A stretch of 64,000 nucleotides of DNA from Intoshia linei (lineage: Eukaryota; Animalia; Orthonectida), in assembly GCA_001642005.1 (NCBI GenBank), contig LWCA01000025.1:1-64000 (forward strand), given 5' to 3'. The position numbers and the translations under genes are program-made. Position 1 is the stretch's first letter. Every line of letters begins with the position of its first letter. Shown one piece after another: positions 1-12,347 of this stretch. Under the pieces are notes generated by a model. The model had not been told where the DNA came from, did not search any database, and was given only the letters and a program-made list of their open reading frames with translations.

Positions 1-470
1 ATTAATTCTGATAAATACTGTGAACAATTAAAAAAATTAAATCACAATATTTACTTGAAAAGACTACTAAAGTTTCGTAAAGGCAATATTATTCTACAAC
101 AAGACAATGATAGACCTCACACTTCTAAAAAAACCTCTCAGCTTCTAAATGAGTTAAAATTTGAAGTATTACCACATCCACCGTATTCACCAGACTTAGC
201 ACCATCTGATTATTACCTATTTAAAGCTATGAGTAACCATAACTATGGTAAAAAATCCACTTCAAATGAAGGGTTAAAATTGGACAAAAAAGTTTTTGTC
301 CAATAAAGAAGCGAGTTTTTATGCTAATGGTATAAATAGACTACCGGAACGTTGGAAAAAGACTGTGGAAAGCAATGGTGAATATTTTATAATATAACTT
401 TATTTTTAATGTAATCAAATAAACTTTTTAATTTTGTTAAAAAAACGACATTACTTATGAAACGACCTAA
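1..470 (+). mobile_element. mariner (DD34D) transposon, 3' part, frameshifted transposase plus right TIR
   Basis: Translation INSDKYCEQL..QQDNDRPH..PHPPYSPDLAPSDYYLF has D34D spacing. After a frameshift near 290-300 it continues FYANGINRLPERWKKTVESNGEYF* (stop 395-397). Right TIR at about 442-470 (revcomp TTAGGTCGTTTCATAAGTAATGTCGTTTT, resembling Hsmar1-type TIRs) is followed by TA. Confidence 0.93.
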
Positions 471-582
471 TATTATATTCAGTTATAAATATAATTTAAA
501 AGATAGTATAAGAATATTTGTGTTGGTGTAAAAACTTTTTTTGTTGTTGAGTGTAAACTCGAGACATAATAAACATCCCAAC

Positions 583-1161
583 CAGGGATCGAAAAAAATT
601 AATTAATTGAATTTTAGGTTTATGATACATTAAATTGCCATTAATTGCAATTTTTTTATTTTTACAAACTTGTTTTACGGTAAACTCGAAAATGAAAATA
701 AAGAGTATGTCAACATCTGATGCAGAAATATATTGTTAACATATGTAAATAATGAATAAATAAAAATATCCTTAATATATAAGAAATTACTGACAATAAG
801 ATGAATACAAAACGAACCAAAATTATAATTGAACACATAAGTTAAATTTATGAGAAGCGCACCACAAGAGGTTTATGACATTTATCACTAAGTGATTTGT
901 TTGTTGCACAATTATCATCAATTAAACAGACAACATCATGAAAACTTTCATTATAAAGTTTTAAAACCCATAAAATTCATTTCTTCAGTTGGTAAAAAAA
1001 TTCAATAAATTTTAAGCCGAAAATTTTTATTCGTCATCATAGATAAGTAGTTTTGGCTTTACATTTAACACAAAATTATCTAAAATTGATACTACGTATT
1101 TTTTCTGTCCACTTTAATTTAAGTTTTAATATATTTGACAATTAATTTTTTTTGATCCCTG
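583..1161. mobile_element. non-autonomous hAT-type MITE with perfect 8-bp TSD
   Basis: Termini CAGGGATCGAAAAAAATTAATT and AATTAATTTTTTTTGATCCCTG. ATCCCAAC is duplicated at 575-582 and 1162-1169. Confidence 0.85.
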
Positions 1162-1649
1162 ATCCCAACCTACCATGCTCTACCAATCTAAATGAAAAAT
1201 AGGCTTCTAAAATATTTCCCTAACGATGCGTAGTGTTGTATACTCTAGCCACCTCTACAAGGGTCTAGACTTGACATTTTAATTTAAAACACAAAATAGC
1301 CAGAATATTTGAGAATATAATTTTTTTAAATTGTCTATTTGAAATAAAGATGGGCCAAATTAGGCTCTCGGGTATGGTAAATTCGGCTTTGAATTCGCAA
1401 CATTTTTTATAATTAAATAATTAAATTTACATAAGTTGTATGACCTTATTATGATTATTATTATGAAATTTATAATTTATTTGATTTAAGTGTATAAGGT
1501 TATGCAAATAAAAATATTATTTATGTAGTCACTACATTTTAGTATAACCTGATCCAAACCTATCGTGCCTCGAGACCTCCTAGGGATCGACAAAATTTTC
1601 GTTAAATGGGACCCTGATTCCATTGTATTTCAATAATTAGTGGCATATC

Positions 1650-3570
1650 TATACCATTTCACTATCGATATGATAATATTTACAACCGATGTGATAATAG
1701 CCAAATTCAAAATGGAATAACGATTGTCAATGTGATAATAGTTAAATGCAATGTGATAATGGGGGTTTATTTGAAAATTCTTACGTAAATATAAACAGAA
1801 ACTTCGTTACAACTAATTAAAATTATAACAAGTAGTATATGGGCCAAAATTTCTATTTTCTACGTTAGTATTGACTCATTGCTAAAAATCACTTTTTTCT
1901 AAGTGTATTTCTTAATAAACGTTCCAAATTCTTTTTCGAATAATATAATAAAAAGAAAATTTATTAAAATAAGCCAGACGATGTATGGAATTGTGATGAA
2001 ATTGAATTATACTATAAACGGGGATCTAACAAAACTCTAGCCACTTCTGACTTCGTAATATTTGTAGTAGAACAAAAAAGGAGCGGATAACAGTTTTATT
2101 TTGTGTTTCTCTGATGGGAGAAAAGGCTGATTCACTTTTTATTGAATTGTCGAAAAATTTTCTTCGGATTCTCTGAAGAATCAGATATTGATTATGCAAC
2201 CTGTTTTAAAAAGAATTTAATAAATTGATGGAATATTAAGGATGGAATTCTGTTAAGAGTGATATTATTATAAATTGTTATAGAAAATAAATTGAATTAT
2301 AACTTTTAATAATTATCAAAATTTGATATAAATTTGTCCAGCTATGTTAATATCGAACAATGATGAAATGAAAATATCGATGATATTCACTATGTTCCAT
2401 AATATATTAATAATAATAATAAAAATCTATAATAATCAATGGTTTCAAAAGTGGTCCATAGGAAATTCTAAGTGATCCACAAGAAAATTTTTAAATAAAA
2501 TGAATATAATATTTTTTTATTAAATTAAATTAGAATGATATTTATTATCAATCATTTATTATTATTATTAATGAACCTAAACATTTTATCAAAATGAAGG
2601 GAAGTTTAACTGAATAACGTTAATAATTTTCATGTGCCTTAAATTTAATCTAATTAACGATTTAAAATAGTTGGATAATAGATCCCAGAGCCAAACTTTA
2701 AAAAATTTTGCAAACGAATTAGTGTTATATAACCATATCCACGTCTCTAAGAATCTTGAGTTGGTATTTTGAATTTAAAATGCCACTATTCCAGTTCACG
2801 GTGGAAAAAGTTTAGGAACCTATGTTTCATACAATGATGTACACCAATATAATTTCATAATAAACAACATTATTTACAAAGAAGGTATAGTAATTGGTTC
2901 CAATATTTATGAAAATTCTACTTCTGAAGAATCGGACCATATATCCTCAACACATTGAATTACGTACGTTGAGGCAATTATGAATTTTTTTACTAAAATC
3001 ATTCCTGAAAAAATTGGTGAAATATTTGCTATAAAATAAATTATATATAGGCATTTAAAAAAAAGAAACGTCAAACATGAATTATATGATTATAAAGTAA
3101 TAAAAGTTATAATTTCATATTTTTCCTTATTTATTCTATTTTTATAACAGTGAACATGAGAATTTTTTAAATTTTGTGTTGACTGTTGTGTTGTGTGTGC
3201 TGTTGTGTTCCTTAGACTTGAGTTTGACTCTGCTTTATAACCATTAAAAGTTACTTAAATACAGTCTTTAAATTCTTCATAAAAAAATATTAAAAATGTT
3301 ATTTTTCTATATTATATTCGTATTTGTGAATATTTGTTTTAAATTCAATTAATACATTATGTTAATTAACATTCAATTAACATATATGAATTTAATTATA
3401 AAAAACATTAATAATAATATAATAATAAATTCTCACTTTGAATTTAGTTAAAATTTTTTCTTATTTTGGATGTAATTATTCTTACATTGATAAAGGCTAT
3501 TTTTACATTGACTGTGACTATTCTTACTTTGAATGTAAATATGATAATTTTCAAAATGAATTTATATTTT
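1650..3570 (+). mobile_element. decayed pogo/Tigger-like (DDE_1) element with long degenerate TIRs
   Basis: Broken reading frames at about 1975-2290: DVWNCDEIELYYK, KKERITVLFCVSLMGEK and WNSVKSDIIINCYRK, matching pogo motifs NxDETGL, KERITV and WxxVxxxxIxNCF. 1650-1760 is an imperfect inverted copy of about 3475-3570 (repeated TCAATGT..AATAG units). Confidence 0.65.
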
Positions 3571-4120
3571 TATTTCGAAACTATATTATGGTTAAATGTT
3601 ACATCTTTTACTACCTGTTATGTGTTATCTTTGATTTATAAATATTACTAGATCGTAAATATTATAAAAATTATAATTATAATTATAATTTAATTTAATT
3701 AACTTAATGATGAGTGTGAAACTGATGCCTAAATACGAATTATATTATAGAAATTGTCTACCAAAGACTATTAGAAATTGACTAGTAAATTTAGCTTTAA
3801 TAACTATAGTAAGCATAACGCAAAACAATGCATAAAGCGGGCTACTTAATGCACTAGTAACCATATTTCATATTATGCCGAGTTAACGACGCAATAAAAA
3901 AAACATTTTTGCAAAAAAGTTTATAAATAATTTTTAATATTAATATTTATTTACTTACTATATATACATACTATATATGTACATTGTACAATGTACATGT
4001 ATTGTTAAAAAGTCTATTTTCGACTTACCAGTATTTTATATAGTTTGTTTTTTATCTTATTTATCTTATTTTATATATTAAATTTTTTATCATATTTTCT
4101 AAATTACGATGCTTTATAAT

Positions 4121-4630
4121 GGATACTATTTAATGCTCCGACTAATTTAATAGTTTCAGCGTCTAATTTAATATTTATAACGCATAATTTAATTAATTTA
4201 ACATTATTTAATAAGTACTTTGGTCGTATAATTTAATGATTAAGCGTGTAATATATTATTGTATCATCTAACTTAATATTTGAAACGTTTGAATCAATTT
4301 ATAAATTTCTGTGGATCACCACAAATCAACATTTCTATAGCAATACGATTAACAATTGATGGGTGTATTGTACCTCGAGAGTCGAAAGCTCTCCCATTGA
4401 ATGTCAAAAGAAAAAGGGGACGACCAGCTCAGGCTAATCAAGCTTTGCTGAGGCAGTGTTAAATTAACGGTTAATTCAATAAATTAAAAGTTAGTTTTAT
4501 AAAAAATAACGTTATGTTTAGATAAAATAAATTCTACTTCTATTAATTTAGACGCTAACATTATAACTATAGACGCTAGTGAAATTAGACGCTGTAACTA
4601 TTAAATTATATGTTGCAATAATAATAACTC
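4121..4630 (+). mobile_element. MULE-like deletion derivative retaining the transposase C-terminal tail
   Basis: Inverted repeats AATTTAATAGTTTCAGCGTCTAATTT and AAATTAGACGCTGTAACTATTAAATT. Near-perfect 9-bp flanking duplication (C/A)TTTATAAT. ORF 4280-4462 IAIRL..VP..K.LPL..KRKRGRP.. resembles the tail following the SWIM finger in invertebrate Mutator-like transposases. Confidence 0.65.
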
Positions 4631-6338
4631 ATTTATAATGGGTTAACTCTGTTTTATTCAAAAATACATTTATTCCTAAATCTGAAATTCTTATCGCAAT
4701 GTAAGAATTCAAAATTCATATTGGAAATGCTTGATCTTAAGATTTCCAATAAAGGGAAATAATATATTTTTTGTCATACATTATTCTCTCCACTCCGTAT
4801 AGCTTTCTCTAAATATTTATTATTTAATTTACTACATTAAAATTTTAAATTAAAAATAAAAGTTTACCATTATAAATTATGTAGATATTCTAAAATATTG
4901 GTTGACGTCAAATGTCGTGAAATTTTTTTAGATTTTGCATGCCGCAAATTTAAAAATAATTTTTAACCAATCTGCAATATTAAAATCTTAAGTATTAAAA
5001 TAATCGTCACCCTTGGATGAGTAGTTAATTTTTCATTGTTTAAATTTTAAATTAAAACGTTAAGTATTATACTATTTTGTTAATAGAGTGATTATTAGTC
5101 ACTGATTATTGTAAAGAAATCAAAATATTGAATTTTTGTAATGTTATGTACACTTTCATCTTTTCGGACGGGGTACTTTTTAAAAAGCATTTTAATTTTC
5201 ATTTAGTTTAATGTTGATAAAAATATAATTTAGAAAACACAGACGAAATATAATAATATAATACTTATATAAACTTATGGCTGAAGTAATAAATATAATT
5301 ATTATTTTTTGTAATAAACATTTATGTCTTTATGATTGTCAAAATTTATAAACCTTTTAGTGCAGATTTTCTTAACGATGCTAGAATTAATTTAACGGGG
5401 TGCTAAAAAAACCATTTTTATCATTTTATTTTGTTCTAAAAATTATTTTCATAAAAAAATGAAATTTATTTTGGATCAATTAAACATTTAATCAAAGACC
5501 ATTAACACCTGAAAATATATAAAAATACATAATTTTGTATCCCAACAATAAATACTCTTTAATTAGTATAGTTTGCATAGTTAACTTTTCTTCATTTAAA
5601 TTAATATTTGAATTATAATTTAAACTAAAGTATGAAAGACTTTTATTGAAGATACTGGACATAGAAAGTTAATTTTTTTAGAAAAAAAATATTTCTGTAA
5701 ATAAATTGAATTTTACAAATATAACGAAATAAAACTAGATAAAAAATACATGTAAAAAATCAAAAATAATCGATTGAAGTTGACAAGATTCAAATTAGAG
5801 TTTTATACCAATTTTTTTTTTAAAGTTACTAATATAAGCTAAAAGTTACTAAAAATCAGTCGTTAGGTTATAAAAAAATTGCTTTAGTCATGACTCATTA
5901 TATTAAAAAAGAACTACGAAATGAAATGTATTTTTAATACAAAAAAAAAAATTTTGTATAGCCGATTTAATTCATCCTTATTATAATAATTTCTAGATAA
6001 AATTAAAAATGTTATTGTTTGAATGGCTTTTAATAAAATTAATTAAACTTCTTAAACTTTAATTTAAATTATTATTATTTAAATTTTTAAATAATTTAAC
6101 TAATACAGATGATAATAGCTAAAAGAGTATTATAAAAACATCAAAGCACAATGAATGAATTGAGAGAAAAAATTGGTGAAATAAAATAACAATGTAAGTT
6201 TTGTATAAATTTTCTGCTATCGCTATAATTGTCTATCATTCAAATTAAAAACTTTGTCAAACCCTGATATACCGAATCGTTTAAACTTTTAGTTGTAAAA
6301 TTATATAAACTACGTGCAGTTGAAAAGTTAAATTTTAT

Positions 6339-9300
6339 TTAAGATGTATCAATAAGTGTTGTAGAATCATAATTTTGTTTTTCTCCAATTACATCAAATA
6401 AAGGTTCCATTGATGACATTGAATCTGAGTTACTTTGAGTTTCATCTTTATCAGCAAGTTTGGTTGTAAAAGAATTTGATTTACTAAAAGAACAGCGTGT
6501 TATATCGATTTCGAGTGGAAATAGTTTAGTTCCTTTTAAATTTTTTACACACCCTTCATTATATTTTGCTATAGATTCGACCAGTTTTAATAATTGAGCT
6601 GCCGTGTCCTGGACTAATTAAAAAAATTAATAAATCAATTGCTAAAATGATTCTAAGCCGATTTAATTGCATTATAATTATTGTACGACATACGATTTAT
6701 ATTATATTAAAAAGTACCATGTTTTTGATCTAAAAGTTCCAATTTCACCATAACGTCGTTTCGTTTATCCGAAAAAACTTTCCTAGCATGTTGACGACAC
6801 CGTAAAATCATTCTATATTCATAATTTCCAGTTTCCACTCTATATAGGGGTTCTCGTATTGCATTAAAATTTGCACTTTCATCATCCATTTCTTTAATTT
6901 TCAAACAATAACTAAGATATTCAAATTTTGCTTGCAAATATTTTTTTACAGTTAATTTTGTGTCCGGTATCGCTTTATTTACATAAGTTTTTAAATCTGT
7001 AATCATCTAACAATTATAAAATGTACAATATTAAAATCTAACCAAATTTAATCAATTATCAGATTGCCCCTTTTGACACGTTTTTAGAAATAATTGAAAA
7101 TTAATGAGTTTATATAACCATTAGTCATTCTTAGTGACAAACTCAAATTTAATAAAATATTTTTCCAGCTTTTAACGGTTAAAAGATGGAAATCATAAAA
7201 TTTAACCCATTAAAACTATTTGACTCATTTATGTATCAAAAGTATACTTAAAATATTTAAAAATTCTTAATTTATAAGTTAATTTATGATCCCTTCCACG
7301 TCCATTCTCTGGAGCGATGTATTGTTATAGCGAAACATCTTAGAGCGACACAATCATCGATTTTACTAATTTATCATATCATTGATTTTTTTACGAAATT
7401 TTAGTGGTTTTCTTTATTCATATTTTATTACTATTTTTATTATCTTAAATTCATAATTTTGGGATCAAACATTTGTAGGGTTTTTAAAGGAATTTTTTTC
7501 ACCCAATTTTAAAAGATTTTAAAGATCCCAAAAAAATTTTAAAAATATTCCCATCAAACCTTACATAATTTTGGTCATTGTCATAAAAGAAATCTTAAAG
7601 AAACCACAAAAATATTGTTAAAAAATAAGTATTATTATTAATTAACAAAATCCATAAGTATGTCGCTCTAAGGTGTATCGGTCTAACAATCTTAAATAAA
7701 AATACCATTTTAGATTTTTTAATGTGGCTAAATCCTAATTTACTCATATCAATCTAAATAATTAAACATTTAATAATATGTAAGAATTTATTACGTGAAC
7801 GTCACCAAATTTTGAAAAAGCAGTTCTAGCATTGGGTTGAATTTCTCTATTTCCAATTTCAGACATAATGTAACCAAGATCTATTATTAATAATACAGAT
7901 AACATTAAATATTGATTTTTCTACATCCATATTCTAGAATCTGTATCAGTGTTCATGAAAAAACTCACTTGGAATTTGTGTTGTTAAAATTCTATAACAC
8001 TAAGATATTGAAATAAATGATAACACATGGACAAAGATAAGATACCTTATTCTATATATTATTCATTATATTATGCATTATTTATTTGTATTTACCTTTA
8101 TGAGAAACAGCTACCGCATAAAAAGATCTGAGGTACTTTTCAGTATGGTGCATTAATCCCTATATAAAATAATTATAATTTTCAATATAAATCAAACATT
8201 GTATTGACTAGAAACTTCTTCCATCTCATCCATTTTCTTAACCAAACTGTCTAAAATAACATTAATATACAATGTAATTCAAAATTATTTAAATTACATA
8301 ATTACAGTATAAATTAGAATAAACATAAAATTACCGTTACACAAAATGGCTCGACTCAAACCTAATGCATCAGCAGTATTTGATGACATATTTTCAATCA
8401 GTCGATGTTTTAAATTTTTTAAAACTAAAATTGAAATAAAAAGGTAAATATTATCGCATTATTTAATCTTGCAATATTTAAATTACATTGAAATAATTTA
8501 AAAATAACCCATATATTATTTAAACTTTTTAATCCCCCATTACAGAAAATTTGTAAAATTATTATTCAATTTTTTAATAGTACAAACCAAGATTCTGGCA
8601 GGCAAAAAAAAAGGAACCAAATTCCAGGATAGTTTATTTACAAGAATTTGAATTTTTTGAGAGATTCCCGATAAAATTATATTATTGTACAGTTTACCGA
8701 AGCAGAGCGTAACCTACGTACCTGAGGTCAATCCAGAAAATGATTACTACTGTATTGCTATTATTATTTATTTATTATTATTATTAGAAAATAAAAATGA
8801 TGACTTTTTTAACTTTTTCGGGAGTTTTTCGTGTCCCGGGTAATCACCATCACTACCAGACTCCTGCTAATCGGGCTTCTTAACGGTCATGTAGTTTCAT
8901 CCAAACTTTAAAAAAAAATTATTCTCATTGTATTTAATACAATAGTTTATAAATGATTGAAAAATTATAATTTTGAAATTTAAAATAAGTTAACAAAGTA
9001 TGTAATGTTCGCTTTGAATTATACAATCAACGTTGTTATTTTCTGAAAGTTTGTATTCATTATATAGAGGTTTGAGGTTTATATTTAAACATATAATGTG
9101 GTAACAATCATTTGATATTAGAAATTAAAATTTTGAGTCCTTTTCAAAATGGGTTTTTAGGTATGTCTAAAATCTTTCCAGGTCAATTAAATCAAACCGT
9201 GAAAGCTTAATAATTAATTGAAGATTGCCGTCTACATTCAAATGTGTAGTACACGTCATAATTATAGTATACCTATATCAAAACTTTTCCCTTCTTTCAG

Positions 9301-10518
9301 ATTGACGTGCACCTTATTGTAATATATTGTAACTTCACCCTAAAATATATGTGGTAAATAAATTTCTAATTTTTATGTATATATTTAATTTTAAATTATT
9401 GAATTAAAAATAAACAAAATTCTGGGAGTATTTTTGAATGTTTATAATAAATGACAACTTGAGAAATTTGCAAACTTGTATCTTTCCGATCAAAAATACA
9501 TTTTACTATTTTTTGATATCCTTTAAAACTTATTTTAAAAGGTTCTACTTGGTATAATTCACGACTATAAATTAAACAGTTTTGCGAAAAATTTCTCGGC
9601 AAATAGTGTGCCACATCTAACCAATAATTAAAAAAAGTATAGAGTTTTTCACCTTTGATTAAAAGAAAAAATTTACATAGAAATGTACATTTTACATTGC
9701 ATTATTAAAAAAGTTTAGTAAGGGAATTAATACCCATAATACCTAGAATATTAATTATTTAATATAACGTAAACGTACTTCAATCATCTGTATTATTCTC
9801 GCAACTTCCGATTTATTCCATCCTTTGACTCTATATGAATTGATTCCCACTATTTCATCCCCAGCCTAAAATATTTTTTATATATTCATCTCCAAGTGTA
9901 TATTATACTGTGTATTTCTAATTTACACATTACTAATTACTAATTAAAAAATATTACATAATCAGTGAGAGAAATTTTTTCAAGTTATACATTTATCTTA
10001 TCGAAAATGCTCCCTATACAACAACATTATCGTGTGCAACCGTTACAGCATTATTAACATTATAAATAATAAAATAAGGGTAATTACTGAATTTTTTAAA
10101 CATCACCGAAATACAATGCAGAGGACTTAATAAAATTGTATACATTGATAAATTTGTAATTAATCAAGTTTACATTTTTATTAGTTTATGTACATTTAAA
10201 AATCTTAAATTCACCAAAAATAAAATACAAGTACAAGTGTATTAGTTTACAATTTTTAAATTTACTTGATATAATTATGAAATGCTACCTCTAAACATGT
10301 ACTAATGCTTGCAGGGCTATTATCAAAAATTTGTACAATATACAAGCATGGACAATATGGACTACCTCCACCAATACTTATACCAATCACATTCTTTTCG
10401 TCCTTTTTCAGTTTGACAGATCCTGACGTTATGTGCATACCTCTAAATTTATTTAATTGATAAAGTGAAAAATTTACAAACAATCCTCTTCATAATAATC
10501 CTCATAGTCATACGACAT
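6339..10518 (-). CDS. PICK1: PRKCA-binding protein PICK1 (PDZ + BAR/arfaptin domain), 11 coding exons
   Basis: Exons 10518-10478, 10442-10289, 9865-9779, 9339-9273, 8424-8335, 8250-8198, 8159-8096, 7880-7795, 7753-7706, 7006-6718 and 6613-6339, all GT-AG and in frame. Motifs: IGISIGGGSPYCPCLYIVQIFDNSPA, AGDEI, KHRLIENMSSNTADALGLSRAILCND, NKAIPDTKLT, EPLYRVETGNYEYR, FPLEID. Confidence 0.96.
7321..7690. mobile_element. TIR element (MITE) in PICK1 intron; related inverted copy at about 55850-55990
   Basis: ATTGTTATAGCGAAACATCTTAGAGCGACA is inverted at 7661-7690 (TGTCGCTCTAAGGTGTATCGGTCTAACAAT). About 7300-7400 matches the reverse complement of about 55855-55985. Confidence 0.65.
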
Positions 10519-10979
10519 TCTAACTAATTTTTAAATTATTTTTTACAAAACAGTAGTAATAGAAACAGTACTAATTATAATTTAGAGTCACCAGTGTAGT
10601 AGATTATTTTCAGTTGTCCGTAGAATCAATCAATAACAATAATATATTGATTTTTATAGTATAATTTTATTATTCCATTTACTTTTTTAGTTGTATTTCA
10701 AAGTATTTTTGACTATTTTTAGCATCTCTAAAATAAAGTTAAATATGCGTGAGGAATGATTGAATCAATATCACGCATGAATGAGTATTCATGCTATTTT
10801 ATTTTAAATTGATTTGAAGGGTATAACTTTATACTCAATAATAATGAAAGTATAGAAATATTACTTAATAAATGTTAAATATAACTATGGTTATCAAATG
10901 TAAATTAATTAATTAGGAAAATCAGTTTAAATTGTCAATTTTTGGAGTTACTACTATATATAACTATATGACACATAGT

Positions 10980-11702
10980 TATTATGGGTGGCTACAATGG
11001 ATCTACATCACTCCATTTTGTAGAATATAATGTAAATTCTGACGTTTATACAAATATATTGTGTAAATCCTATATGTCGTTTTATCAAACCGGGTATATA
11101 TTGATGCAAGATAATGCTAGACCTCGGGTTTCTACTAAAACTTTGGATTTTTTAAAGGAAAATAGTACATCGGTACTTTATTAACCACTTTATAGTCCTG
11201 ATTGTAATCCAATTGAAAATCTTAATGGTTCGCCGTCTAAACCCTGGCAGCAAGGTCTACCGTAGTCTTGACGAATTAATAGCTGAAATTAATATTATTT
11301 GGGACTCGCTGGAAGTTGATGAAATTCGCCGAATGGTTCAATCCTTTCCGTCAAGATTAACTGAAGTTGTAGAAAATAAAGGTGGAAATTTACGTAATTA
11401 CTAGTAATTAAAAATTTATATTTATAAATTGTTTTTTTTTTTGCATTTATATACACATTTCACATAGTTTTGGCGAATTTTTTAAACATCAAAATTTTAA
11501 TTGCTAATTATTTTCTATATTAGAGTATTATATTATATATGTATTAGAGTATCTATATTATAGATTATTTTTTATAAATTTTTGCATACAATATTTATAA
11601 CATTAAGACATTCATATATTGCATAAATAACTTATATGGAAACTAAAAAATACCATTATTCAAAGAAATTAATATTTTTCACATAGTTTTGGGGATGAGT
11701 TT
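10980..11702 (+). mobile_element. 5'-truncated Tc1-like (DD34E) transposon pseudogene
   Basis: MQDNARP...Y*PLYSPDCNPIEN gives D34E with an in-frame stop. After a frameshift it reads ..IWDSL..MVQSFPSRLTEVVENKGG. CACATAGTTTTGG is repeated at 11461 and 11680 (IR/DR-type right end). Confidence 0.85.
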
Positions 11703-12347
11703 AGTTTACACTGCATTAAAACATTAAAAATCTTAAATCAACATTGAAACTACAAAAATAATCTTACAGTATGCGTAATTTAGAAAAAAATGTTTATTTA
11801 TCATTGAATTATAAATATTATGACATGAAATAAAAAATAATGAAGGTTAAACAAATCTTAACAATAAAAATTTATACGTTTAATAAATTAAATTAAAATT
11901 ATTAAATTTTTACTTTTATATTTATATTATATATATTTATTATACATTAATTCATTCTTACACATAATACTTGATTAAATATATTTATTAATAAAATATT
12001 TTTATATAACTTGAAATTACATTGTATATCCAAAATATAAGTGATACTTTGGGAAAAATCCAATAAATCTACAATATTAAATACAAAATATCTTGCATTA
12101 TCATGTACACGCAAAAAATTTAAAATTTGGGTTAACCAATATTATTATAATTGATTAATAATATAAACAAACCAGTCGAATAATTTAAAATTCTAAATAA
12201 AGTTATAATTGGTATAGCAAAATAATTGAGAATCGACATATATTGTCCAATTTAAATCTCATCTCATTGTATTCAATACTATTCATATTCATATTGTTAA
12301 TTGTATACTTTTGAAATTTACATATACTATATATTTTATATATACAA

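Noticed and set aside
3438-3651. Two overlapping ORFs (67 and 61 aa) with periodic Y/D/C or T/L/I patterns
   Set aside because: The periodicity comes from the roughly 21-bp subterminal repeats of the pogo-like element's right TIR.
10519-10530. AG immediately upstream of the PICK1 ATG as a trans-splice site
   Set aside because: No supporting pyrimidine tract, and SLC25A1 and COUP-TF lack an equivalent; too weak on its own.
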